Below are positions 27,248-39,589 of a stretch of DNA of 64,000 nt, one piece after another. Positions within the stretch are counted from its first letter, which is position 1. Each line of letters starts with the position of its first letter. The position numbers and the translations under genes are program-made. This DNA comes from Octopus vulgaris (lineage: Eukaryota), in assembly GCA_951406725.2 (NCBI GenBank), contig OX597833.1, positions 53,878,001-53,942,000 of the forward strand, read 5' to 3'. The notes beneath the pieces were generated by a model. That model was given only the letters and a program-made list of their open reading frames with translations, did not search any database and was not told the DNA's origin.

Positions 27248-27928
27248 AAAAGGACGAGCAACTACCCAAAGCATAAAAATGCGTGGGCCGAACTAAACTA
27301 GTTTAACTTACAAAACCAACTAAAATCTACGGCACACAAACCTGCCTAAATCCGCGAACTTTTACTAAATAATTTTTGCCGTCACAGACAAACTACTAGT
27401 TTCCTCGGACTCAGCTTTTATCTATTTTTATCTAAATTGGAGTGGACCAGCGGGTGAGAGGGGAGAGAAGGCATGAGAGAGACAGCAAACGTAGTGAGTG
27501 AGTCAGTTAAGTTTGCATTGTGTAAGAGTAGAAAAAGCGATACTTGTGAGTGACGATCGTGATCTCTGGCTTAATTAGTTTAGTAGTCCAGTAGTTCAAC
27601 CGCTTGTTCATCAACAATCAGCTGTATAATCACGTGCTAATGAAATGGCAGTTTAGCTATCACTCCGGTTGCTATAATGAGAGAAATAATAAACGGTATC
27701 CGATAGCTGAAAATACTTTTCGACCCAACAGCAAGTCAGTAGAAACGGCGTTAAAAGCAAGCCAAGTCGGAGGAGCTGTCTGTCACGTGAGGTGTTGTTT
27801 CGATCCGGGACTTAGAGCATGCATCACCTCACCTCACCCCTTCATTTATGTCGTATCACACTTTTAAAATCTTCTCCTTCTCCTAGGCATTTGTGCTCAA
27901 TATGTACAGGCATATGTACATGTGTATA

Positions 27929-28349
27929 GGCGTAGGAGTGGCTGTGTGGTAAGTAGCTTGCTTACGAACCATAATGGTTCTGGGTTCAGTCCCCCCACTG
28001 CGTGGCATGTTGGGCAAGTGTCTTCTACTATGGCCTCGGTCCGACCAAAGCATTGTGAGTGGATTTGGTAGACGGAAACTGAAAGAAGCTCGTCGTATAT
28101 ATGTATATGTGTATGTATGTGCGTGTTTGTGTGTCTGTGTTTGCCCCCCCCCCCCTCCAACATCGCTTGACAATCGATGCTGGAGTGTTTACGTCCCCCG
28201 TAGCGGTTCGGCAAAAAAGAACCGACGGAATAAGTACCATACTTAAAAGAAGAAAAAACCCCATAAGTACTGGGATCAATTTCGACTAAAATCCTCCTCC
28301 AAGACGATGCACCACAGTCCAATTACTGAAACAAGCGAAATATAAAAGA
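27929..28349 (+). mobile_element. SINE family A
   Basis: GGCGTAGGAGTGGCTGTGTGGTAAG head through CTGAAACAAG tail. Confidence 0.88.
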
Positions 28350-28517
28350 TTTTTAAAAATCAAAAACAATATATCAGGTAGGGTGGCACAAATGGCTCCT
28401 AACAAGACACATTTGTCCGCGTGTTTTCTGATGCCATAGTTGTCGTCCTTGTGCAGAAAACAAAGTTTTACTCTCCAGCAACAGGGGCAGATTACTCGTA
28501 ATGTTAAACTAGTGAAA

Positions 28518-28733
28518 GGTGGTGGGCTGGCACAATCGTTAGCACGCCGGACAAAATGCTGAGTGGCATTTCGTCCGTCTGTACGTTCTGGGTTCAAATT
28601 CCGCCGAGGTTGACTCCTGCCTATCGTCGTTTCGAGGGTCGATAAAATAATTACTAGTTGAGCACTTGGGCCAGCTTAATTGACTTACACCCCTCTTCCG
28701 AAATTGCTGGCCTTGTGCCGAAATCTGAAACCA
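28518..28733 (+). mobile_element. SINE family B
   Basis: Head GCTGGCACAATCGTTAGCACG, core, and GGCCTTGTGCCGAAATCTGAAACC tail. Confidence 0.82.
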
Positions 28734-29359
28734 AGTTCAAAACTAGTAGTCCCGGCGCTTCCCCCGTCGATATCAATTCATTCGGTAGCCAACGCACCTT
28801 ACAAATATTTATAATGATAACTATAAGTTATACTGCTACGCAACTAATACACAAGGCAAAGCCAACCCTAGGAAGGGGCAAGGGGGTATTTTGCACCGAA
28901 ATTTAACGCTAAAGCAGGGGTGCGACTTACATACGAGTAAATACGGTATGTGTGTGTGTGCATGTGGAATTCAAAATGTTTGCCGCAAGATACACTTCTA
29001 TGAGTTGAATTCAAGAAGTCGATGCAAGTACAGAACACAATTACATTATATTTTTAGATACATTACGGAAGGGCATTAACTAGACATTCAAACCTTTGAC
29101 CTAAAAATAACTATAGTTACTAACTTTTAACTGCAGTTAACTTCCTTGGCGTTATCTTAAGATTTAATTACTAACTTAATCCTTTTGGAAACCTCTCATA
29201 ATTGAAAAAAAAAAGAAACTCACCAATATTAGTAGAATGGTTTCCAATTTCTCTTAAAGATATTTTTGATAAGACCGTCCCCAACAATAAAGCTTTGTGG
29301 ATTCAAGGACAAAAGTACCAACTTGCCTAAGTCCCTTACAGCTAGGAAAAAGGGGCTAT

Positions 29360-29655
29360 GCCATCATATAGTTTACAAATCCTTTCCTCTCAAAGTACAG
29401 TTGTACCACAAACTCGTAGCATACAATACCCTGTGTTTCCACCCGCCCTCCAAACACTGCGGCCATGCATTTGTTGGAACGCCAACGAAAGATTACCAAA
29501 TATGTCTTGCAACGCAAAAGCCCTAATTTACGAAGCAGACGTTAATTCCCCAAAAGAAAAAAAAGCAACAAAACCTCGATATGGTACGTAAACGATATAA
29601 AAGCATGACTGAAGTAACGTTCAAGGAAAGATTCAACAACCATCCTCATTCAGAC
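29360..29655 (+). pseudogene. Decayed Penelope-like element GIY-YIG endonuclease remnant
   Basis: Frameshifted peptides CNAKALIYEADV and RYKSMTEVTFKERFNNHPHS resemble the PLE motif C...IYxAxV...YIGxTExxFKxRxxNHxxS. Confidence 0.65.
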
Positions 29656-30034
29656 AAATCGGTGTGAGGATTTAACCAAGTCTTTTTTTTTTTTTTTAAG
29701 GCATGGCTAATGTTTTCGATCATAGGTTTTCTTGAACAGACTAACCTGGAGTTAAATAGCAATAAAGTTAACCCTCAAGAAACTAAATAAAGATATTTGA
29801 GTAACAATATTTGGCTAGTAAAATAATCAGTAATGACTACAAATAAACAACACTTAAAAAAGGCTTTCAGAAAAGGAAAAGAATTATAGACATTTATATC
29901 GCCGTAACTTCTGAATGAAATTTGAGAGATTTTCAGAAAATTATCATAAAAGTTATATTTATGGGGTAATTAATGGTTTAGAAACTTGAGATCTTGCATG
30001 GCGTTTGAAATAAAAATTAGAGAATTGTGTGTAT

Positions 30035-30257
30035 AGGGTGATCCCCTTCGGTCATAAATGATCATAGGATTGCACCTAGAAGGTTACCCTCCCAGGCACA
30101 AGTCCGGGCAAGGTTGTTTATGGAAGACCACCCTTCCCTCTCCACGCCACCGATGTTATCCAAGGGAAAGGCAAAGGGGCCGATACAGCTTGGCACCAGT
30201 GACGTCGCAACTCATTTCTACAGCTGAGTGAACTGGAGCAACGTGAAAATAAAGTGT
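30035..30257 (-). mobile_element. 5'-truncated SINE: same CORE-like segment as 18968-19018 but a different tail
   Basis: ACACTTTATTTTCACGTTGCTCCAGTTCACTCAGCTGTAGAAATGAGT shared with the 18881 element. Confidence 0.75.
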
Positions 30258-30715
30258 ATAATACATAGAGAAATATGATACCCGAAAACGATTAGGGAAC
30301 ATACTGCTCGAAATACAAAATAATAATAATAAAAGATGACGCTTATAACTCAAAAGAGTTACTAGACTATCGCCAATACCATCACGTCAACGACCAACCC
30401 CCACCATCATCCTCCTCCCTATGCTACCAACTAAAGAAGGTTTAATAAATTTAAGACTGTCAACGGTTTATATCTTCAAAGTAGGCGATTTATTTAACTT
30501 TCCGTGTTGAAATGTTAACAAGGACAAAATTGTAGTGGGGCGAGGGAGATAAACTAATAGCTTTTAAGAAAATGCACCGAGGTATAATTTATTGGTTTCA
30601 TTTCATTTTCTGTGTTAATCCTCATTCCGTCACGGCTGGCACTCAGAAATACTTTTGGACAAGAAATTGCAGTAAGCTAGCTGACACAGCTGTTTACTAA
30701 AAAAAAAAAAAAATG

Positions 30716-30886
30716 GGTGCAGGAGTGGCTGTGTGGTAAGTAGCTTGCTAACCAACCACATGGTTCCGGGTTCAGTCCCACTGCGTGGCATCTTGGGCGA
30801 GTGTCTTCTGCTATAGCCCCAGGTCGACCAATGCCTTGTGAGTGGATTTGGTAGACGGAAACTGAAAGAAGCCTGTCGTATATATG

Positions 30887-30917
<31 letters not shown>

Positions 30918-31130
30918 TTGTGTGTCTGTGTTTGTCCCTCTAGCATTGCTTGACAACCGATGCTGGTGTGTTTACGTCCCCGTCATTTAGCGGTTCGGCA
31001 AAAGAGACCGATAGAATAAGTACTGGGCTTAGAAAGAATAAGTCCCGGGGTCGATTTGCTCGACTAAAGGCGGTGCTCCAGCATGGTCGCAGTCAAATGA
31101 CTGAAACAAGTAAAAGAGTAAAAGAGAGAG
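30716..31130 (+). mobile_element. SINE family A, full length
   Basis: Complete head, internal microsatellite and TAAAAGAG tail. Confidence 0.92.
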
Positions 31131-31373
31131 TATACCAAGTTGTCTTCCAACGAGAAGGGTAGTGTAGTGAAATGACTGCACCCTGGAAGTGAAAAGCGCT
31201 TGCAAGTTTTAAGTTTGTCGGGAGCTTGATGTTGCTCCACGGGGATCGTTTTTACTCGAGTATATTCGCTTAAAACGAAACTGGCAGAAAGCAAAACGAA
31301 CGAAACGGAACCCTGTCACAGCAGACCTAAAAAAAGATGATCTTTAACTTCTCATTCATTGTAAACCAGCATT

Positions 31374-31792
31374 GGATCTTTTCGGTTTGAACGGCAGTTT
31401 TTAACATAATTTCTAGGTAACTAAAAAATTTTAAACCTCGTATACTGGTAGAATGTGTTTATAAAACATCTTTTTCTCTTGACTTTATTGAGAAAATTCT
31501 ATAGCTTGTAAGATATTTGTTGTTTTTTTTCCCTTCAATTTCTGCAATTTCAACCAATCAATGACGTCCATTGCGGTAAAAAAAAACAACATTCTGTGCC
31601 GTATGAATATGTCCCTCGTTTAAGAAAGAGATTGGGTTTATTTACATCTGTGAAGAAAAAAAGATACCCCTAACCAAACCTAACCCTAAAACAGGTTGAA
31701 ATGCAATAGATCGATACTAGGGTCATAATTATGGGTGACAATTTCATATGACACCGCTAGAAAAAAAACTGCCGTTCAAACCGAAAAGATCC
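31374..31792. mobile_element. MITE family T1 (Merlin-like, internal CCTAACC..CCTAACCCTAA)
   Basis: About 29-bp TIR GGATCTTTTCGGTTTGAACGGCAGTTTTT; perfect 8-bp TSD CCAGCATT (31366-31373, 31793-31800). Confidence 0.92.
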
Positions 31793-32057
31793 CCAGCATT
31801 ATTTGTGTAATAACTCTTGCTGTTGTTGCTATTTAATTCCAAAGGGACTCTGATAAAGCATGACCTATAATAAAAACGCAGTAGCAAATAGTGGTAAGAA
31901 ATATGTTCCATTGTAACTTATTTACAGCGAGATGGACCGAGTCGGCAAATATTGATCATGTACAGAACGCATTGTAGGGATACGAACAGAACAATAAACT
32001 GTTCGATCTGTAGGAGGCCGGCTGTTACTACTCAACACAATGTACTCTCAGCCAGCA

Positions 32058-32420
32058 TCTCTCTCTATATAAACGGCAGTTTGTCTGTTTGCTTGTACCC
32101 TCACCCTGACCACGGCTTTCAACCGATTCTGATGAAACTTGACACACACATAGCCCAATGTCATAATTCAAAACTAACGCAGCGAAAATTTTGAAAAGTT
32201 CCCCCAGTTCTGAAAAAAATCGATAAATTCGACATGGGGTCGAGAATCAGAAACGCAAACCGCAAACTGTCTAGGGGACGCAACTCCACCTTTTTTAACT
32301 AAAAAAAAAATTTACCATCATTTTTTTCCATCTTTTGGCTATTTTTTGGCTATAACTCTCTAAAAATGCTTTATAGTTATTTCCCTTACAAACCTGAGCA
32401 ACGCCGGGCGATACTGCTAG
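32058..32420 (+). mobile_element. Non-autonomous Helitron, second copy
   Basis: A|TC...CTAG|T; near-identical to 26204-26590. Confidence 0.88.
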
Positions 32421-32647
32421 TTCCTAATAAAGTTTCTTGTAGCATAATCTCATTCACATCGGAGAGGCTTTATAGAAAGTATTCTGGACTTTAGTATAGA
32501 CCAATGGGTCTCAAACGGATTGCATATAAGATTTTATTCGTAAAATTTATGGGCAATAAACTGGTTTATACTTCTACAATACACAAAATATCTAGATTTT
32601 GTTTTTACAATTCCTGATATTTCATCATAAAAACACAAGATTATATT

Positions 32648-32815
32648 CGAGGGAGTGCTGAAAATCTTCCGAGTTTTTTTTTCCAGGTTTAAGAAAAATT
32701 GAAAGACCGCTGCAATAAGTGTGTGAATCTGAGAAGAGAATATGTTAGATAAAATCATAATTAAGTGATCCTCCTGTGTTTTATCCAAAGTCAGGAACTT
32801 TTCAGCATCCCTTCG
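32648..32815 (+). mobile_element. Mariner deletion derivative (MITE)
   Basis: TIR CGAGGGAGTGCTGAAAA / TTTTCAGCATCCCTTCG; internal CNKCVNLRREYVR* resembles the mariner transposase C-terminus KCVxxxGxYVEK*. Confidence 0.7.
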
Positions 32816-32999
32816 ATGAATGACTATGGAGGTCCAGGGAAGTAAAATAGCACAGTCCACTTTACTCATTTTTACTCCCAAGTTGCCAAATTATTGTAAA
32901 CAGGAATCGTATTTAGTCGCAGACCAAGGGTTCACAGTCTAAAGAAATAAAAGCGTTTTCGTTACACGGTACCATTTAGTCCAACTGCTATAAAATACC

Positions 33000-33230
33000 T
33001 ATTTCTTTACTACCCAGAAGGGGCTAAACACAGAGAAGACAAACAAGGACAGACAAAGGGATTAAGTCGATTATATCGACCCCAGTGCGTAACAGGTACT
33101 TATTTAATCGACCCCGAAAGGACGAAAGGCAAAGTCGACCTCGGCGGAATTTGAACTCAGAACGTAGCGGCAGACGAAATACCGCTAAGAATTTCGCCCG
33201 GCGTGCTAACGTTTCTGCCAGCTCGCCGCC
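33000..33230 (-). mobile_element. SINE family B, full length
   Basis: Head GGCGGCGAGCTGGCAGAAACG; TSD core ATAAAATACC at 32990-32999 and 33237-33246. Confidence 0.92.
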
Positions 33231-33731
33231 TTAGCCATAAAATACCACCCACCTCCAGTACGTGGCTAGCAATTCTGGGTGGAGGGTGCCACAAGTCGAT
33301 TACATCCACTCCAGTACTTCATTTTTATCGACTACCAAAGGTATGAAAGGCGAAGCTGACCCAGACGGAATTTGAACCCAGAACGTAGCGAATCGGAAGA
33401 CCATACCGCGAGGCAATTTTGTCTGACATTCCAACTAGTCTGCTGGCACGCTTACCTCCCTCCGTTTGCTCTCTTGACGAGAAAACAAAATAGAGGTTAC
33501 ATCCGCATAACTCTTCCTTCCTTCTTCGCCATGGTGTCGAATAAATTAAAACGATGTCTAAAAAACCATCTCACTTGGATTAAACACGCCAATCTGTTCG
33601 TTCCTGTTCCAACCGTCAGAGTTCCCCTGAGAGAAACACTGCGTTAATCAGTGCTTTCGTGGCGAATACTGTGAACTAAAAATATGTTTTTCTCTTTTGT
33701 CATTTACTTATTTCAGTCAATAGATTGCGGG

Positions 33732-34146
33732 GGATCTTTCCGGTTTGAACGGCAGTTTTTAAAATAAATTCCACGTAACTAAACACTTTTAAACTTCGTA
33801 TACTGGTAGAATGTGTTTATAAAACATCTTTTTCTCTTAGCTTTATTGAGAAAATTCTATAGTTTGTAAGATATTTGTTGATTTTTCTTCAATTTCTGCA
33901 ATTTCAACCAATCAATGACGTCCATTGAGGTAAAAGAACATTCTGTGCCGTATGAACATGTCCCTCGTTTAAGAAACAGATTAGGTTTATTTACATTTCT
34001 GAAGAAAAAAAGATACCCTTCCCCCCTAACTAACCCTAACCCTAAAACATATTGAAATGCAATAGATCGATGCTAGGGTCATAATTATGGGTGACAATTT
34101 CATATGACACCGCTAGAAAAAACTGCCGTTCAAACCGAAAAGATCC
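33732..34146. mobile_element. MITE family T1, second copy
   Basis: Same TIRs and body as 31374-31792; CCTAACTAACCCTAACCCTAA. Confidence 0.9.
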
Positions 34147-34298
34147 CAAAAATGTTTTTGTCATTTACTTATTTTAGTCATTAGGCTGCGGCCATGCTAG
34201 AGCAACGCCTTGAAGGACTTTAGTCGAACAAATCGACTCTGGTACAAATAAAACCGACACTGGTTGTCAAGCAGTGTGGGAGACAAACACAGACAAAC

Positions 34299-34461
34299 GG
34301 CGATCCTTCGGTATAGGTACCGTAAGTGGCTTTGTTTACATTTCTGAAGATAACAGAAACCCTTTTCTTCCACCCCTAACCCCCCATATATATATATATA
34401 TAAAAAAAACACTTTCTTGAAATGTATCCGGTACTTCCGGTACCTATACCGAAGTTACGCC
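34299..34461. mobile_element. MITE family T3, second copy (inverted relative to 14151)
   Basis: Same TIRs; 9-bp TSD CAGACAAAC (34290-34298, 34462-34470). Confidence 0.9.
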
Positions 34462-34489
34462 CAGACAAACACACTACGAACTTCTACAT

Positions 34490-34692
34490 CAGTGCTTTTC
34501 AAACTTTTTGCTGGAGCGGAACCCCAAGGAAACATTCCACTGGCTCGAAGGAACCCCTGTGCAATAATTTAATAGTCTTATGCACACATATCTGCACAGG
34601 AGAATTAAAAATTACTGCCGATTTTAGCAGTTTTGTAACTTCTTGCGGAACCCTTGGACTGTACTGGCGGAACCCTGGTTGTAAACCCACTG
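34490..34692. mobile_element. hAT (Charlie-like) MITE
   Basis: CAGTG...CACTG termini; perfect 8-bp TSD TTCTACAT; repeated GGAACCC subterminal motifs. Confidence 0.85.
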
Positions 34693-35259
34693 TTCTACAT
34701 AGTTTCTGTCAACCAAATTCACTCACACGACGTTAGTTGGCACAGGTGTTAGAAATCACTTGCTCAAAACGCCGCACATTCGGACCGAACCAGAAACCGT
34801 GTGGTGCCAAACCAATCTTCTTAACCGCAGAGCCACGCTCGCGTCAATTACGTACGGTGTTAAGCTCAGCAATTAAAGAACGCAGTTAGGAATGGTGAAC
34901 TAAATGCCTGGCGCTATTTGGCAAAGTTTCTTTACGTTCCGAGTTGAAATCCGCCTATGTCGACTTTTGTCTCTTTCGCTCTTTCTCCCTGGGATCGATA
35001 AAATATATATCAATCATATAATGGAATCGAGACTCAAATCGATTTTAGCCATTCTCTTGGCTTGTACTAATGTAACAAATCATTATTTCCAGACAATCCA
35101 ACAAGAAAACACACGTGCCAGCGACGTGTCGTGCACGCGGTTGTTTGAATTGCTAGAAATAGTAGTCAAATTTCTCTAAGTGTACTCTACTGTGGCGCAA
35201 TGACAACGGATCGGAAGATTTCAGGTTCGAATTTTGTCAAGCTCGTCAATATTTTAATA

Positions 35260-35612
35260 GGTGCGGGCGTGGCTGTTTGGTAAGAAGCTTGCTTCCCAAC
35301 TAAATGGTCCCAGGTTCAGTCCCACAGCGTGGCACCTTGGGCAAGTCTCTTCTAACATAGCCTCAGGCTGACCAAAACCTTGTGAGTGGATGTAGTAGAA
35401 GCTTGTCGTACACGTGTCTGTGTTCTTTGAGTTTGTGTCCCCCATATCCTCCTGACAACCGGTGTTGGTGTATTTATGTCCCCGTAACTTAGCGGTTCAG
35501 CAAACAGACTGATAGAATAAGTACCAGGCTTTGCAAGATAAATAATAAGTATTGGGGTTGATTCCTTCGATTAAAATTCTTCAAGGTGGTGCCCCAGCAT
35601 GGCCGCAGTCTT
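35260..35612 (+). mobile_element. SINE family A
   Basis: Colinear with consensus. Confidence 0.85.
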
Positions 35613-36924
35613 ATGTCTTTCCTTCGTGGCATAGCCACGAATGGAGATGAGGCAAGTGTACCTGGGGTTTAGGTAACTGCTGGAAAAACAGCGCAGGCAC
35701 AGCAACGGTGGGTTACAATTACTGTCTCTGCAATAATTGGACAAACGACAAAAAAAAGTGGGGGGAGGGGGTCAATCAACCTTTAATAACACAGGATGAT
35801 CACAGCAGGAATACCTCTGATCAAAGACCTGCTCAATCAGAGCTAATTTACAGCTAAACAACACCCCAGGCTTTGTGATAAAGCCACACACCTATCTCAT
35901 ACTTATTTCCAATATAATAATAATTGACACATCGGTGACGGTCTGTTTTGATTGGTTGAGGTTTGGTGACGTCAGCCATTTGTATTGAAGAGATTTGAGG
36001 ATTGATTTTTAAGTATTTCCCTTCAATGTAGGAATAGTCTTAATTAATTCAAGTCTCTGGCCCAACAATTGCTCTCAGTCCCTATATTATATTGTTAGGC
36101 CTATTAGCGTACAATTCTATTATTACAGAATTAACAGGAACGGTAAAGAGTATCATACCTTCGCTGAGAAGCCCCGATAAGACTGAAACCTGTTCCAATT
36201 TGCCAATATCTTTACTTTTGCTGTCGCCGCAAGGCTTATATGTTTTAAATTAAGATTTCGGTTTTGTGAACCCCATTTTGATTTTTCCGAGATTTGGGGT
36301 TGTCACTTGAACATGGAACTAATGTTTATGTATATGTGTGTGTGTGCGTTTGACAACCGGTGTTGGTGGGTTTAAAATTCCTGTAACTAAGTGGTTCAGC
36401 AACAGAGACCGACAGAACAAGTGCTGGGGTCCATTCGTTCGACTAAAATTCATCAAGGCGGAGCCCCAGCATGGCCGCAGTCTAATGACTGAAACAAGAT
36501 AAAAAAAAATATTCTATCAACATCCACGCCTGTCAAATAATAAAGGCCAAAAAAACCCCCTAAAAAACGAGATACCAAATTCAAAAAATAAATAAGGACA
36601 GGCTGAGTTCCTGCTTCAAGCACTAACGTTATAATTTCTTTATTTCTCCCATCACCTCCCTCTTTCTCTGCCGTACATACCCACACATTCCATTGGATCT
36701 CAACCAGTCAAGGTCTTTGTTCTGGGCTATTCTAGAAAATTCGAAACACATTTATTTATATGCAGATGTGCAGCACACAAGCGAGCATACAAACACAGGC
36801 ACGCAATTTTTTAAAGTGAATTCATCGCGAACAACACAATTACAGTTTGCTATGTCTGTAATAATATATACATATATATTTATTTATTGTGTGTGTGTGT
36901 GTGTGGTTGTGTGTGTGTGTATAG

Positions 36925-36930
36925 GCAGAC

Positions 36931-36994
<64 letters not shown>

Positions 36995-37092
36995 TGATAG
37001 ATAGATTGATAGACAGATAGATAGATAGACAGCTAGATAGATAGACAGATAGATAGATAGACAGATAGATATAGACAGCTAGACAGACAGAC

Positions 37093-37168
<76 letters not shown>

Positions 37169-37181
37169 GGATGGATGGATA
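36925..37181. repeat. (AGAT)n microsatellite
   Basis: Direct inspection. Confidence 0.95.
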
Positions 37182-37525
37182 GAGTGGCTGTGTGGTAAGA
37201 AGCTTGCTTCCCAACCACATGGTTCCGAGTTCAGTCCCACTGCGTGGTACTTTGGGCAAGTGACTTCAACTATAGTCTCGGGTCGACCAAAGCCTTATTT
37301 GTGGATTTGGTAGCTGGAAAGTGAAAGAAGCCCGTCGTATATGTGACAACCGATGCTGGTGTGTTTATGTCACCCGTAGCCTAGCGGATCGGCAACAGAG
37401 ATCGATAGAATAAGAACTAGGCTTTACAAACAATAAGCCTGAGGACGATTTCTTTGACTAAAACCCTGTAAGACTGTGCTCCAGCATGGCCGCAGTCGAA
37501 TAACTGAAACAAGTGACAATAAAAG
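37182..37525 (+). mobile_element. SINE family A lacking the internal microsatellite
   Basis: CGTCGTATATG joined directly to TGACAACCGATGCTGG. Confidence 0.85.
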
Positions 37526-37590
<65 letters not shown>

Positions 37591-37984
37591 TCAGTGTGAA
37601 GTACACACTACGAACGTATGTATTTCCGTGCACATAAAACAATATATACATAGTAGATGAGTACACACATATACACATAAACTTGAAATATCTATCGTCA
37701 CAAGGAAATATATATATACATATATGTATATATGAAAAAGACGTGACGTGTGTAAAATAAAGAGTGTGTGTGTGTGTGGAAGAGAGAGAGAGAGAGCCGT
37801 ACAGAAAGAAAAAGCGGAAACAAGAGAGAGAAATAGAATTTAATACCAACAGCAAAATTAAACTGAAAACCAGGAGTTTCTTTCTGCAAAATACGTGCTG
37901 AGACGGAAAATCAATTTGAAAAAAGAAAAAGAAAAACTTGCTTCTTTGCAACCACTTGACTACTCCAGTTTATATATATATATA

Positions 37985-38030
<46 letters not shown>

Positions 38031-38048
38031 ACGAATAAAAGAATATAT

Positions 38049-38091
38049 GGATCTTTTCCTTTTGAACGGCAGTTTTCAACAGAAAAGATCC
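38049..38091. mobile_element. 43-bp minimal derivative of MITE family T1
   Basis: GGATCTTTTCCTTTTGAACGGCAGTTTTCAACAGAAAAGATCC with perfect 8-bp TSD GAATATAT. Confidence 0.8.
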
Positions 38092-38229
38092 GAATATATA
38101 TATATATATACATACACATACATATATATATACATACATATGTATGAACATATATATATATGCATGCATAAATGCATGCATACATACATACATACTTGCA
38201 TGCACGCATGCATATACATACATACATAC

Positions 38230-38292
<63 letters not shown>

Positions 38293-38341
38293 GGGAGTAA
38301 AAGCCTAATAGTGGTTTTATCTCTAATTTAATTTATATATT

Positions 38342-38390
<49 letters not shown>

Positions 38391-39022
38391 GAGCGTGAGT
38401 CGTCTAAGAGTCCATAAGATGCACTGGTATATCTGTCAATGCATATATAAATGTGTGTTTGTGTGGACATACATACATACATGCATGTATTTAAGTATGT
38501 ACACAAGCGCACAGTGGTGGTCTATTTTCCCCATTTCATTAGCGCCCTCAACGGTTATCATTTGTTTATTGTAGCAAAACATTCGGTCATATCATAATCG
38601 GTGAAATGCTACGATAGCCATATACATACATCGAGACAGATGCATTTCACAATGTTTTATCCATCACACCACAAACCCGAAGAATTTTCAAATCGAAGAC
38701 AGGCAGGCGCAAGATTCCAAACTCTCAAACATATGGAGCTAATGTGACTGGGGGCTTGGGTAGGAGAGAGGACACACAGAACGTGTGAATAATCGAACAG
38801 CATATAACCTCTTTTCTTTATCTGTTATTATGTATAAGCCTTCTTTCTCTTCTGGACGAGCACGGACACACACACAGATAGGAGAGAGGGAAGAGAGTGA
38901 GAGTGAGGTTTGGTATAGCAGAAATAGAACTCAATACCGGGTATATATGTACTGAGTTACAAATGTGACTCAAGGGCTGAGAGTTTCGTGCAAGCTAATT
39001 AAAGATCATATACGTGCATATA

Positions 39023-39074
<52 letters not shown>

Positions 39075-39247
39075 TACATACATACATATATATGTGCATG
39101 CAAATATATGTATATATACAAACCTGTGCATACATACATACATATATATATATACACACACATATGCATACATACACACATATGCATGCATAGATACACA
39201 CACACACACACATATATATATATGTATGCATACATTTACAGATATGC

Positions 39248-39286
<39 letters not shown>

Positions 39287-39290
39287 AGTG

Positions 39291-39324
<34 letters not shown>

Positions 39325-39437
39325 TATGCATACATACACACATATGCATGCATAGATACACACACACATATATGTATGCATACAAATACAGATATGCGTG
39401 TGTATAGATATACACGTGTAAGAATGTGTGTATATAC

Positions 39438-39472
<35 letters not shown>

Positions 39473-39589
39473 TACATACGTTCACAAGTATGTTTCTATT
39501 TCCATTATCTTATAAGCGATTCGTTAATGAGAACGTGTATGCATACATACATACATAAATACAGACAGACAGAGACAGTGGGGGAAGCG

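Larger units (their letters stand above)
34155..34845 (-). mobile_element. Old SINE family A interrupted by two further MITEs
   Basis: A-family segments are colinear once 34299-34461 and 34490-34692 are removed. Confidence 0.75.

Noticed and set aside
28918-28948. Single Tc1/pogo-like terminus (GTGCGACTTACATACGAGTAAATACGGTA)
   Set aside because: No partner TIR found, so no element could be delimited.
36165-36192. CTGAGAAG...GAAAC hammerhead-like motif
   Set aside because: Core and stems are too degenerate, and it occurs once.
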